Assembly (NCBI GenBank): GCA_030141605.1
Contig: JAQGDQ010001580.1
Location: 1-33,932 of the forward strand
Length of the DNA stretch: 33,932 bases
Reading direction: 5' to 3'
From: Tubiluchus corallicola
Lineage: Eukaryota; Animalia; Priapulida
Below are positions 10,921 through 22,848 of the stretch, in pieces (the stretch's first letter is position 1; every line of letters starts with the position of its first letter). A program made the translations under genes and the position numbers. The notes beneath the pieces are model-generated. The model searched no databases. It was given only the letters and a program-made list of their open reading frames with translations, and had not been told where the DNA came from.

Positions 10921-11391
10921 CAGTCAAACTCGGGTATAAGGTACTCGCTTATAAAGGACCACCAACACCGGTGCCGATTTTTCATAATGTTTTTCCTATG
11001 TAAAATTCTTCGTATATAAGGTACTCGGATATAAGGGACATTCAGTTATAAGGGACGATATCTTCAGGTCCCGCGTAATAGAAACCCAGGTAAATTACCT
11101 CACATATCAGGGACCCTATGATTAAAGTGAAATTGATCGATCTTTAACCTCAATTTTTCGCAAACTCAGCCTTCGAACAGCTCGGTTTCTGCGCTCACAT
11201 ACATCTCGCATCACTGAAGGAGCTTCCTACATACCGTTTGCACTGAATGTGTAGCAATCCATAAAAATGCGGGTAAAAGTACAGGTCTAGATACACCCTC
11301 GATCTGACTCAAGTTCGACTATAAGGAACATCGGATATAAGGGACGGTTTTTTTCCGGTCTGGAGGTGTCCCTTATATCCGAGGTTGACTG
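10921..11391. mobile_element. pogo/Tigger-like MITE, family C
   Basis: TA-CAGTCAAACTCGGGTATAAGG ... CCTTATATCCGAGGTTGACTG-TA. An inverted copy lies at 21294-21759. Confidence 0.88.
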
Positions 11392-11915
11392 TACATACAT
11401 GCAGAAAAAGCCGCTTAAACAAGCTGCACAAAACTACCTTAGCATACTGATAATTCCTATACTGAGGGTTTAGTTTGACTTCAAGTTTAAGCAATTAAGT
11501 GTTATCTTAATCAAGTTATCTTAATTTTACATACTATTAACAAGTAATAGTCTTTCTATCTTTTATATCGTCTCAAATATGAGCTTCATTCATTACTTCA
11601 TCCCATTTTAAGCACTAATGTTTTTTATCACACGATTCACTTTAAATTTTCAGATTATTTCCATTACTTTTTTTCCTTTCACTGTGTGGGACAATTTATA
11701 GGTGAACAGTGTTTGAGGCTTTTCCTGTGCAGCATTTCTTATTTGTATTACGTTCATTGTAGGCCCTTTCACTAGATATTGTACATGAAACTATTGTAAA
11801 TATGTAAAGTGAAATAAATGACTTATCACTAATTCACATGTATATAGCAGCCATACCTTAACTCACTTATTCTACACTTACAACTGACGATTATGTTTAT
11901 GTATTTCACACTTAC

Positions 11916-12045
11916 ATGGTAACCACAGTTGAGCTGATTGTCCACTATTTGCATGTCTAATGCAACACCAATTCCCCAACAGCAGTTTTGTGAAGCATGC
12001 TCAGCTAACTGTTGCCGTACAACATCGTTGCTTACAGGTTCAAGC
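11916..12045 (-). CDS. SSUH2: SSUH2-like coding exon 4 (LEPVSNDVVRQQLAEHASQNCCWGIGVALDMQIVDNQLNCGYH)
   Basis: tttcaag acceptor, gtaagt donor, 130 nt, phase 2 to 0. CCWG motif. Confidence 0.88.
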
Positions 12046-12135
12046 CTTGAAACGTGGTATAAAAAATTATAGCCAACACAGTTAACATACGTTACAATAA
12101 TTTAAGTTTACAAATTAATGCTGCTTAGTAATTAA

Positions 12136-12615
12136 CCCTTTCACTACGGAAGGCGGCTATGCAAAACAATGTGGAAAAGTTTAACAGCCCTGGGATTGGG
12201 GTTTGCTGCGCAACAAGTAACGCTAACCAGCCAATCAGCATCTGAAGCTAGGTGCCTTCCACAATTATGTACTTTATGGAATGTTCCCACACAAAATCAC
12301 TTGCAGATCGTTGATGTAACGTGTGTTTAGTTGATTGTTCTGCATTCATATAAAATGATTGTTATGGATTAGTATTGTCTTTTGTGAAAACTGGTTTCTA
12401 AATATAAATACGTCCTTATTTATGAAGGTGTGCACGTGTGTGCGTGCGTGGGTGCATGTATAGAAATAAAACTAATATTTAATATTAGTGCTCAATAAAG
12501 AACAATTATTTGTTTATTTACAATATTCTGTTTTAGTAACACACCACAAGAAGTTATTGTCAAATGTGCAAAAGTCAATGCGGCCCAGCTAAAAAGCAAC
12601 CACGTAGTGAAAGGA
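12136..12615. mobile_element. piggyBac-like MITE
   Basis: TTAA-CCCTTTCACTACG ... CGTAGTGAAAGGA-TTAA. Confidence 0.8.
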
Positions 12616-12981
12616 TTAATGTTCTCGATTTAATCAGTTAATAACAGCTACTGTGTTTTTATTACATTCTGTTTTCAAAAACGATTTTAGCTGCTTTTAG
12701 AAAGAGAGCTTTTTTATATTTTCACTCATTAAAAATGACGAAGAAAGCCATGCTATGCAACCTAGCTACCATTCAGCATAGATACTATTATAGGTTTCTC
12801 AGCACAATTTCAATGCTTCCACATTAAAAGCATAAATGATCAGATTAGAATTCTTCGTCTGTTAGATAAATGTCAAATTTATTTTAATGAAAATATTTGC
12901 AAACAATGTGCGACATAATTACATAAGTTTGATAAAACGCAAACAAATATCATCCGGTGTGATAATGTTTTAGGTGCGTAC

Positions 12982-13051
12982 TTCAAATGTTTCTCTTCCT
13001 GTCTTTTTCCAGGTTCAACTACGTCTTCATACGAAGGTGGTGGTAAGAAAC
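12982..13051 (-). CDS. SSUH2: SSUH2-like coding exon 3 (FLPPPSYEDVVEPGKRQEEKHL)
   Basis: atttcag acceptor, gtacgc donor, 70 nt, phase 1 to 2. Contains PPSY. Confidence 0.85.
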
Positions 13052-13159
13052 CTGAAATAATTTCATTGTATTTACACAAAATCTTCCTTTTCAAACTGAG
13101 CACCTTCAAATCCGGATTTTTATATTTAATTACAATGAAGTTTTCCACTAATAGATTTA

Positions 13160-13290
13160 ATTCCATACAGAGACTGAAGGATAATGTAAGACCATTTTTA
13201 AAGTCTTTGGTATGACCCGGCTGCTGGTTCGAGCTCACGACCTCCCAGATGGAAAGCAGACGCATTACCACTAGACTAAACCGTCTGGTC
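13160..13290 (-). mobile_element. tRNA-derived SINE (head plus start of conserved core)
   Basis: A-box-like TAGTCTAGTGG and B-box-like GCTCGAACC, followed by GGGTCATACCAAAGACTTTAAAAATGGT (resembles the Meta/MESC SINE core, from memory). Confidence 0.7.
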
Positions 13291-13431
13291 AATTACGCAA
13301 TTATTTTCCCTTAAATAGAGTAATTAGATGCAAAGTTTAATTATGAAATCTTATCAACATTTTACTTTACGACTATCAAATTAGTAAACGGAGGAAAACG
13401 CTAACTACAGTCCTCGTGCAGAACAACTTAC

Positions 13432-13593
13432 CTCCGGATGCAGTTCCTTCATATCCTGGTACAGATGGTAAGTTTCCGGCGTCAACACCAGGAGGCGCAG
13501 GCGGTGCTGAAGGAATTTCAGACTCCATTAGGGGTTCTGTGGGAACTGCACCCTGGTAAGCAGGTGCTTGGCCAGCAGTCGGTTGCCATGGTG
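13432..13593 (-). CDS. SSUH2: SSUH2-like coding exon 2, Pro-rich (PWQPTAGQ...PSAPPAP...VPGYEGTASG)
   Basis: ttttcag acceptor, gtaagt donor, 162 nt, phase 1/1. PSAPP and VPGYE motifs. Confidence 0.88.
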
Positions 13594-13666
13594 CTGAAAA
13601 GTAACAATTCACAGGGTCAGATACAGTATGCAATTTCAGTCAGAAAAGTTCACAACATGTAAGTTC

Positions 13667-15050
13667 AAACGATTCATGTTTCAGGATAGCAAAGTACCAT
13701 TGTGATGTGAACAAAAGAAGAAACAGCACAAAAGATTCATGTTTCAGGATAGCAAAGTACCATTGTGATGTGAACAAAAGAAGAAACAGCACAAAAGATT
13801 CATGTTTCAGGATAGCAAAGTACCATTGTGATGTGAACAAAAGAAGAAACAGCACAAAAGATTCATGTTTCAGGATAGCAAAGTACCATTGTTATGTGAA
13901 TAAAAGAAGAAACAGCACAAAAGATTCATGTTTCAGGATAGCAAAGTACCATTGTTATGTGAATAAAAGAAGAAACAGCACAAAAGATTCATGTTTCAGG
14001 ATAGCAAAGTACCATTGTGATGTGAACAAAAGAAGAAACAGCACAAAAGATTCATGTTTCAGGATAGCAAAGTACCATTGTTATGTGAACAAAAGAAGAA
14101 ACAGCACAAAAGATTCATGTTTCAGGATAGCAAAGTACCATTGTTATGTGAATAAAAGAAGAAACAGCACAAAAGATTCATGTTTCAGGATAGCAAAGTA
14201 CCATTGTGATGTGAACAAAAGAAGAAACAGCACAAAAGATTCATGTTTCAGGATAGCAAAGTACCATTGTTATATGAACAAAAGAAGAAACAGCACAAAA
14301 GATTCATGTTTCAGGATAGCAAAGTACCATTGTGATGTGAACAAAAGAAGAAACAGCACAAAAGATTCATGTTTCAGGATAGCAAAGTACCATTGTTATA
14401 TGAACAAAAGAAGAAACAGCACAAAAGATTCATGTTTCAGGATAGCAAAGTACCATTGTGATGTGAACAAAAGAAACAGCACAAAAGATTCATGTTTCAG
14501 GATAGCAAAGTACCATTGTTATATGAACAAAAGAAGAAACAGCACAAAAGATTCATGTTTCAGGATAGCAAAGTACCATTGTTATGTGAACAAAAGAAGA
14601 AACAGCACAAAAGATTCATGTTTCAGGATAGCAAAGTACCATTGTTATATGAACAAAAGAAGAAACAGCACAAAAGATTCATGTTTCAGGATAGCAAAGT
14701 ACCATTGTGATGTGAACAAAAGAAGAAACAGCACAAAAGATTCATGTTTCAGGATAGCAAAGTACCATTGTTATATGAACAAAAGAAGAAACAGCACAAA
14801 AGATTCATGTTTCAGGATAGCAAAGTACCATTGTGATGTGAACAAAAGAAACAGCACAAAAGATTCATGTTTCAGGATAGCAAAGTACCATTGTTATATG
14901 AACAAAAGAAGAAACAGCACAAACGATTCATGTTTCAGGATAGCAAAGTACCGTTGTGATGTGAACAAAAGAAGAAACAGCACAAAAGATTCATGTTTCA
15001 GGATAGCAAAGTACGATTGTTATATGAACAAAAGAAGAAACTGCACAAAA
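13667..15050. repeat. 63-bp intronic minisatellite, ~22 copies
   Basis: Unit AAAGATTCATGTTTCAGGATAGCAAAGTACCATTGTKATRTGAAYAAAAGAAGAAACAGCACA. Source of the 466-aa repeat ORF. Confidence 0.97.
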
Positions 15051-15138
15051 ATCACTAACAAGTTACAAGTAGAATTTTTTGGTTTTTACATTATAATCAC
15101 CGATTAACCATAAGTTAATATAATCGTTACAGAAAAAC

Positions 15139-15205
15139 ATGGGCCCACAGGAATTGCTGGAATGTTTAATGTGGCCCGGCTAGTCAGATAATTTGTACAC
15201 CCCTG
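15139..15205. mobile_element. Terminal fragment of the hAT MITE family seen at 22105
   Basis: Reverse complement of the first ~70 nt of 22105-22580; ends TTTGTACACCCCTG. Confidence 0.7.
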
Positions 15206-15212
15206 CATTAAG

Positions 15213-15592
15213 CACTCTATTTGTGACATGTGACTCAGGATAACAACATTGCTTTTAGTGTGGTACCACTCTATTTGTAACATGTGACTCAGGATAACGA
15301 CATTGCTTTTAGTGTGGTACCACTCTATTTGTGACATGTGACTCAGGATAACGACATTGCTTTTAGTGTGGTACCACTCTATTTGTGACATGTGATTCAG
15401 GATTACGACATTGCTTTTAGTGTGGTACCACTCTATTTGTGACATGTGACTCAGGATAACAACATTGCTTTTAGTGTGGTACCATTCTATTTGTGACATG
15501 TGACGCAGGATAACAACATTGCTTTTAGTGTGGTACCACTCTATTTGTGACATGTGACTCAGGATAACAACATTGCTTTTAGTGTGGTACCA
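15213..15592. repeat. 54-bp minisatellite, 7 copies
   Basis: Unit CACTCTATTTGTGACATGTGACTCAGGATAACAACATTGCTTTTAGTGTGGTAC. Confidence 0.97.
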
Positions 15593-15893
15593 GAAGAGAA
15601 AGAAAGTGTCCCGTTTTTTCTAAATTGTCACAGAAAAGCTGTAGCAAAATAATAGGGCAGCATAAAACAGACAAAGCACCGGGTTTTTCTATTACACAAA
15701 TATACAAGTCATAGTCCGTACACGCATGACACTTTACACGATATCTTGTTTCATCTAGTTGAAGCAGACAATATTAATTTATCAATTATCAATTTTGGTC
15801 TTACTTTCATGCACCGTGTTTTACGAGAAAGCTGCACACTTTTTTTATAATTCGAGGAAAAAGAGCACAACACGAGTTTACTCTATAAACTAG

Positions 15894-16355
15894 GCTTAGG
15901 TCGACCTTGAGAAGCAACGCAACTGAGAGCAACTGGTGCAAGTAGCTGCATATGGTAAGCCACTAGCTCTGAGTACATCCAGGTGACACAAACAAGCTTA
16001 CGACGCAACGCAATGCAACTCAGTTCTTGCGAGTTGCTCATGTTCTACTATCGACACGCGGTATCCACCAAGTTTCACTGTGAGCATTGTCTAACAACGA
16101 TTGTGATTTAGTCACGTGGTCTGGTCAAAGATTTTTTAATTCACTCATCGTTGACCCGAGCAGTGTTGCAACTTGCAAGAGCTCCTATCTTCACACTCGC
16201 TGCAAATCTGACGCAGTCGACCTGAGAGTGTGTCTACGAGTGTTTCCTGTCAGCTGAAGCGAGTTCCGTCGCGTCGCAGGTCGACCTGAGAGTGTGTCTA
16301 CGAGTGCTTCCTGTCAGTCGAGATGAGTTCCGTCGCGTCGCACGTCGACCTAAGC
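15894..16355. mobile_element. MITE with short TIRs, PIF/Harbinger-like
   Basis: GCTTAGGTCGAC ... GTCGACCTAAGC, GCAAC-type subterminal pentamers, and an internal ~64-bp duplication at 16216-16350. TSD not clean. Confidence 0.65.
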
Positions 16356-16897
16356 TTGGCTTAAGTCGTACAGCAGTGACAAACATAAAAAGCAGTAATG
16401 ATATTTTTGCAGTACTTAGCATAATGAATCCCTGAGTTTTTATGCAGCAGTCTCGGCGATCCAGACTGTGGTGGCCGTGTAGTCATGCGCTTGCCGTGTT
16501 TATTTTACAGTGATGTACATAATTAAACTTCACTGAAAACTGCCATTGAAACAAACAACATACGTAGCAAAAAATGAAATTTGAGCTTACACCCAGTCCT
16601 CTGTCTCCTGGGCAGCAAAGTCTAAATCTAATCAGCCTAATGAATAATCTGCCAAGTCACAACAGCAATAGGTTTGTGTAAATCTGTTTCTGAAACACCT
16701 CTGAGACCACTTCACTTAATTTCTTTTTTATATACCAGCAGTCTGTTTGTTACAAAATGTGCTTCTACTAGATAACTCGTGTTCAAACTCTTGTGCGTTA
16801 TTTGTGTTTTCTTTACGTGCTGTTTTTGTTTTGATTTCTTTCTGTGATCACTGTTCTATTCAATCGGTGAAGCATTACTAGTGTATACTAAATTTAC

Positions 16898-17402
16898 CTG
16901 TTGGTGCAGCACTTTGCTGCAATTGTGGAGCTTGGGCTTGGGCTTGGGCTTGAGGAGCCTGTCCTGGAGTATACCCCTGAACAGGGGGTGCACCATATCC
17001 TTGCAGTGGTGGTGCTGCTGTTGGGGCATAAGGCTGATATCCTACTTGCGCTGGTGGTGCACCGTATGATCCTACTTGTGCTGGTGGTGCACCGTATGAT
17101 CCTACTTGCACTGGTGGTACTCCGTATGATCCCACTTGCGCTGGTGGTGCACCGTATGATCCTACTTGCGCTGGTGGTGCTCCGTATGATCCCACTTGCG
17201 CTGGTGGTGCACCGTATGGCTGCGATCCTTGTGGAGCATGTGTCACTTGTGCAGGTGATCCAGAACCCACAACATATCCAGGTTGGCCGCTTGCAGTTAA
17301 GTTACTTAAAGTTTTATCTGCACTATCAATCAGGCCGCTAAAGAAACCCTTGCTCTGTGTTGTGACTACCACCTGTTGGCCCGGTTGATATGATGCAGCC
17401 AT
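16898..17402 (-). CDS. SSUH2: SSUH2-like coding exon 1: MAASYQPGQ..., low-complexity (GSYGAPPAQV)n N-terminus
   Basis: ATG at 17402, upstream acceptor ttttgtatttag (exon start 17424), gtaaat donor at 16897. 505 nt; phase 1 matches exon 2. Confidence 0.8.
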
Positions 17403-17587
17403 GATGAGCAATATACAAAACAACCTAAATACAAAATGCTGCACTATGTAAAAAAGAAACGTAACAAGATCGGTGCAAGCATTCGATAAAAAAAGAGAAC
17501 TTAGTTAATGTAAATTTGTTTTAGAAGAGACATTTTGGACTTTTAACTGTTACAGAATGAATGCAGCTACAAGAGCTTTAAATGTTT

Positions 17588-17728
17588 AATTTTTATACTT
17601 ATGTACCATTCTTTAAAATTAACTTTGTGCTCTTAGTTGCTCTATATATATATATATATACACTATATATATAGAGCAACTAAGAGCACAAAGTTAATTT
17701 TAAAGAATGGTGCATAAGTGTAAAAATT
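17588..17728. repeat. AT-rich near-perfect palindrome, ~64-bp arms centred on (TA)n
   Basis: AATTTTTATACTTATGTACCATTCTTTAAAATTAACTTTGTGCTCTTAGTTGCTCTATATA is mirrored with 2 mismatches. Confidence 0.95.
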
Positions 17729-18372
17729 GTAAAAGTGTAATATATAATAAAACTCATATATATATTGTAAACTCAAAAGTATATTGGCAAATCATTGCAT
17801 TAAACAATCTGTAAAAAGCAAGAGCTTCAAAAGGAAGCCACTAGACAGTGATTAAAAGTTTAACTTCCACAAATTTAGCTCTTTAAGCTTTGATCACACA
17901 CAAGCTCGTCTTATTTTAAGCACCAAGGAAAAAAATATTGAGTCTATCGTGAAGTTATTTTTGAGTCATTGCCCACTGTTTTTATATGCATTTGAATAAG
18001 ACGTTCATGAGTACGTTTTTGAGTCAATTAAGTGACTAATTCTATTAACCACGAAACTGATAAACAGCGTCCGCTGTTTCACTACTAGCACTATACCGCG
18101 CTTGTCTTGTCTGTGACAGTACGCAACCTGGATTTCGTTCGCAAATTACAGTAGACCCTTTTTCGAAAGTAAGTAAGCGGTTCTCATTCTGAAGGACGTG
18201 ACATGACCAGAAGAACCGTAAACATCTACGTACTTACACGTCAAAGTTCAAAATGTTTTAATGATAACACAAGTTACGAATTTGCGAACCACACTACCTT
18301 TTGCGTAATATGGCAAGTGGCAATATTCGGAATCTTTTACGGCCTACGCCTGTCGGCCGGGGGTTCTCTGGT

Positions 18373-19116
18373 CACCATTATAAGAAACAAAGAAGAAGTA
18401 GATGAAATAAAAAACTCAATAGAGGAGAAACTGAACAGAATGGATCTCGTTGTAAACAAAAATAAAACTGAAGAGTCTCACATAACACGCCATGGTGATG
18501 AATCATTGCAAAGATGCAAGTATCTCGGTAGTCTGCTGGCAACAGAAGACGACATATCAAGACGGACGATAATGGCATTATCAGCTTACTCAAAACTCAC
18601 AAAAGTTTTTGAGAATAGGAAGATTTCTTTGGAAACAAAAATTAGAATATTCTCAGCCTTAGTTGAAACGGTATTTCTGTATAACTCTGAGCTCTGGATA
18701 TTAAAAGCAAATCATAAAGCTGAAATCGATGCGTTTCAAAGGCGAAATTACAGAAACATTTTGGGTATTAGATGGCCAAGGAAAATTTCAAACAAAGATC
18801 TATATGAAAAAACAAAAGAAGAACCTTGGACAAGAAAAATAAAAAGACGCCGTTTAAGATGGATTGGGCATATGCTTAGACTACCTTATGATATTCCAGT
18901 GAAGATAGCTCTTCAACAAGCCATAGAACCAGCTAAAAAACCTGCAGGAGGACAAATGTTAACATATTTGGATTTTGCATAGAAAGATTTAAACACTTCA
19001 GCATTGATCCTTAGAAATAAATCCACTTGGGGCATTGCAGCAGCGAGCAGGGAGTCCTGGCATAGGGAGGTGAGCAGAATCATGTGCCTGGATGTGTGAT
19101 TCATTGATGATGATGA
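18373..19116 (+). mobile_element. 5'-truncated non-LTR retrotransposon (RTE-like), RT C-terminal/thumb region
   Basis: NKNKTE, CKYLGS, DISRR, KISLETKIRIF, FLYNSELW, ILGIRW, RRRLRWIGHMLR motifs; premature stop at 18982; (TGA)n tail; CTCTGGT TSD at 18366-18372 and 19117-19123. Confidence 0.88.
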
Positions 19117-19859
19117 CTCTGGTTAGTTACTACGGAATCCCTGTGCGCATCTTTAGTCCCGACAGATGATCCTGTAGTCTGGGAGTATTTTTATGATAGT
19201 TCTTGTTTCCCCTTAATTATAATAATAACAACAGCAACAATAATAATAATCTGTATTCCCGATAGCTTTAAAAACACCGTCCGTATTTCGTATAATGCAA
19301 TTCCGTATGCATATCAGCAAACAATGGAATTTTAAAATTCCATCAAACAGTGAACCATACTTGTTTTTAATTTAAAAGTAATATAATATAAGAGTTCTGA
19401 GCAAATGAACTTGAACAAGAAATTTTATTTTACAAAAATTGTAATGATGAATATAGACTCAAATTTTAATGATAACAACAAAAGCAACACTTTATCATAC
19501 AACAACAATCACAATTCATAAATATGCCCAACCTGACAGGCCTTATGTGAATTAATTTATTTTTTTTTGTAAAAGAACAACAAAACAGCTTGTTATTAAC
19601 AGGAAGGTCGTTATTAACTGCTTGTTGTCAAAATTTCTGTTTTTATAAGACATTAAAAATTATTAATTATCACTTCTTAATTTTACAAATGCAATTATGC
19701 AAGTTTTTAATATACCAATAGACGAAAGTTTATCAAATGGAATGATTTTATAACGTTACCAAAAAAGGGCAGAAAATTCCTGAAATAAATTCTTATAGCA
19801 GACATAACAAAATAAACACAGTAAGCCTAAATTCACTTTTAACTAACGGCTTATGTACT

Positions 19860-20240
19860 AGGGGTTAGCATTCTCTACCAGAAAGCGAATTCGAATCGAA
19901 CCGAATTTGTGACTTTCGAATTTGAATCGAACCGCACTTCAGTGTTTCGAATTCGAACTGAGATTGAACGATTTTTGAACTAGTTTTCGAACCACCAGTA
20001 AAAATTAGTCTTATAAAGATCATGCATATCACTAGATTTTGTTCTGCAATAAAACGACTAGTAATTTGCTTAAAGTTGTGCGCAGAAATCACAGCTAAAT
20101 TATGTTAATTGCTTGATGTTTCAATCGTTTTAGTGATAAAGAACATGTGTGACTGAAGTCCTGAATTATTCGAATCTATAGTTTTGGATTCGAATCGAGT
20201 TCGAACTAAAAAAACTCGTGATAGCTTTGGAACATTAGCA
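19860..20240. mobile_element. Probable degenerate non-autonomous DNA transposon with (TTCGAA/ATCGAA) subterminal clusters
   Basis: Starts TAGGGG; TTCGAA-rich blocks at 19886-19992 and 20168-20205. Right end unclear. Confidence 0.4.
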
Positions 20241-21293
20241 CACATTTGATCATACTTATGGTTATTAAAATACCGAATTACTAATTAAAAATAAAATGAA
20301 TTCCAAATTTACTATAACAAAACCTTGGTTTAATTAATAGATGCACACAACACAAAGTAATAATTAGGTAATAAACAACATCGGATGAGTAAAGTTTTTT
20401 CCATACAGTTTACACTTTTAAACAACAAAACCATATAGATTTATTAGTAATTATTGATAAGAATTATCACACATTTACAGAAAGACTAATCAAATGTAAT
20501 ACTTGATTTTACCTCACAAATTATAACACTGCTTCAGTTAAGATAATCAACAAATTCCATAAATGCATAAAACGACACTAAATTACAAAGTCCGGGCTTT
20601 GGACCCAAAACCTTCTCCTTTTCAAGGAGCTATTTTAACCATTACACCAGCCACGAAGGGTACATCAAAAGAGAATCACAGTCGGCACTGCATCAAGGCA
20701 TGGTAGAAAATCAATCACATAAATGCACGGAAATATATTAAATTAGAAAGACTACATTTAATCTGGAACTCACCCCAAGAATTCCTGCTTTCCGGGCAAA
20801 CATCTGGGGTAGCATAATTGATTGCATACTGACCTTTTTTAACAAACATGATTTAATATGCACAAATGATGTTTTTGCCTCTCACTAATCACTTTGTACA
20901 TAATTATACGTAGTATCTTACTATATTCTTCATACATTAAGCAGCGTCTGTACCAGCTGTACATACTAATGCTAAATAAATAAATTCTCTCCATCGCCAC
21001 AGTCGAGCATGTACATAATAAATATTGTTGCCAGAAATAATAATGGACATTACTGACTCAATTTTGTTTAAGGTGTGACTAAAATTTGGCTTAATTCACA
21101 ATAATTAAGAATCTGGTGGTTTATTCAGCCACATTATAAGTTTGCACAGTATAACAGGTCAGCAATTACCACTAGTAGCCTGATTGCACTGATGGTATGG
21201 CAAGTGTCAGTAGTGAAAGATAAACATTTTTAAACATCATTAATTTTGTTGAATAAATATATTTATTGTCTAATTTTAGATACTATCAACGTA

Positions 21294-21759
21294 TAATCAA
21301 CCTCGGATATAAGGGACACCTCGGGACCGGAAAAAATCGTCGCTTATATCCGACGTCTCATATAGTCGAAGCTGAGTCAGACCGAGGGTGTATCTAGACT
21401 TGTACTTTTCTGTACTTTTACCCATTATTTATGGATTATTGCTACACATTCAGTGCAAACGGCATGTAGGAAGCTGCTCAGTGATGCGAGATGTATGTGA
21501 GCGCAGAAACCGAGCTGTTCGAAGGCTGAGTTTTGATCGTTTTCCATTTCACTTTGATCACAGGGTCACTTATATGCGAGGTAATTTACCTGGGTTTCTA
21601 TTATGCGGGACCTGAAGATATCGTCCCTTATAACCGAAAGTCCCTTATATCCGAGTACCTTATATACGAAGATTTTTACATAGGACAAAAGGTTATGAAA
21701 AACCGGGACCGGTGTTGGTGGTCCCTTATAAGCGAGTGCCTTATAACCGAGGTTGACTG
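21294..21759. mobile_element. MITE family C, inverted copy of 10921-11391
   Basis: Colinear reverse complement; ends CCGAGGTTGACTG-TA. Confidence 0.88.
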
Positions 21760-22104
21760 TAGTTGTTGTTGGCGTTGTAAATTCACTGAACTTCATAAGG
21801 TAACTAGATATTCTGCCAAAAATTTCTTCCTACTGCAAAGATTGCACTGTCAAAAACACTTTGTTTAGGTTTATCTATACTGTTTCCTAGTTTCTTAGAC
21901 TGATTTAACTATCTTCAAGTGCCACATTCATAACTTGTCTTGCATATCAGCTACACAGAACTGGCACAAAAAATAAGCAACATGCGCAACTTAATTTCAA
22001 GCAAATGCTAACAGAAGTAGATAATAAGCATAAAAAATTGTGTCAACTAATCAAAACTGAATGCTACATCAGGGGTTTGTAAGAAAAAGGACAAAGCAAT
22101 AGTA

Positions 22105-22580
22105 CAGGGGTGTGCAAATTATCTGACTAGCTGGGCCAGATTAAACTTTCTCGCAATTCCTGTGGGCCACAGGCAGTTTGATCAAGTACAGAAAGGCCTA
22201 ATAACGATTTTTTTTGCATCCGACCTGCATACACCATTACTACTACACTCAAGAAACTATTTTAGAAGTTATTAAAATTTATATTACAAACCATATATTT
22301 CTACTTTCAGGGCAGATAGTGGTAATTTCATTATAATGCATATTAGTAATGTGTATCACACAGTCTGTGTAGTACATTGACATTAAGCTACAACCGTCTT
22401 GTAAGGGTTAATGGCATCCGATCTAGTAGAAAAAAACTACCCGCACTATCTTTGGGATCGTGGTACGGACTTCAGCTGGATACACTAAATTAATCGCCCG
22501 GGCCGCACTTTCATTAGGCTGACAAATCTCTTCGCGGGCCGCACAAATTCTCTCGGCGGGCCACAATTTGCACACCCCTG
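22105..22580. mobile_element. hAT (Charlie-like) MITE
   Basis: TIR CAGGGGTGTGCAAATT / AATTTGCACACCCCTG. 8-bp TSD CAATAGTA at 22097-22104 and 22581-22588. Confidence 0.92.
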
Positions 22581-22848
22581 CAATAGTAGAATAAACGGTG
22601 CAGAGGTATGAAACCGAGCACCATCAAGCTGGTTGGGCTGCCTCTAACAATTCACGTCATTCACATTTAGCTTTAAGTAGCTTTGCTAAATTTATTTAGC
22701 CCTAGAAGTATGAAGTGTGTCAACTTAACTAACTACTCATTGTGAATAATATTATAAAAAAAATTATAATTCATTAAAAATTAAATTATATCACAGTACA
22801 GTGAAAAGTATTGCGAATCAACAACGACATTTACTGCAGATTTTTTAC

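Noticed and set aside
15104-15553. 149-aa repeat ORF
   Set aside because: Translation of the 54-bp minisatellite; no supporting splice sites seen.
16881-17341. + strand hydrophobic ORFs
   Set aside because: Antisense shadow of the SSUH2-like repeat exon.
18203-18372. N-terminal part of the 259-aa ORF as a real gene start
   Set aside because: It lies outside the TSD-defined LINE; chance in-frame flank.
20590-20655. tRNA gene on the minus strand
   Set aside because: A-box-like start but degenerate B box and no cloverleaf; at most a decayed SINE head.
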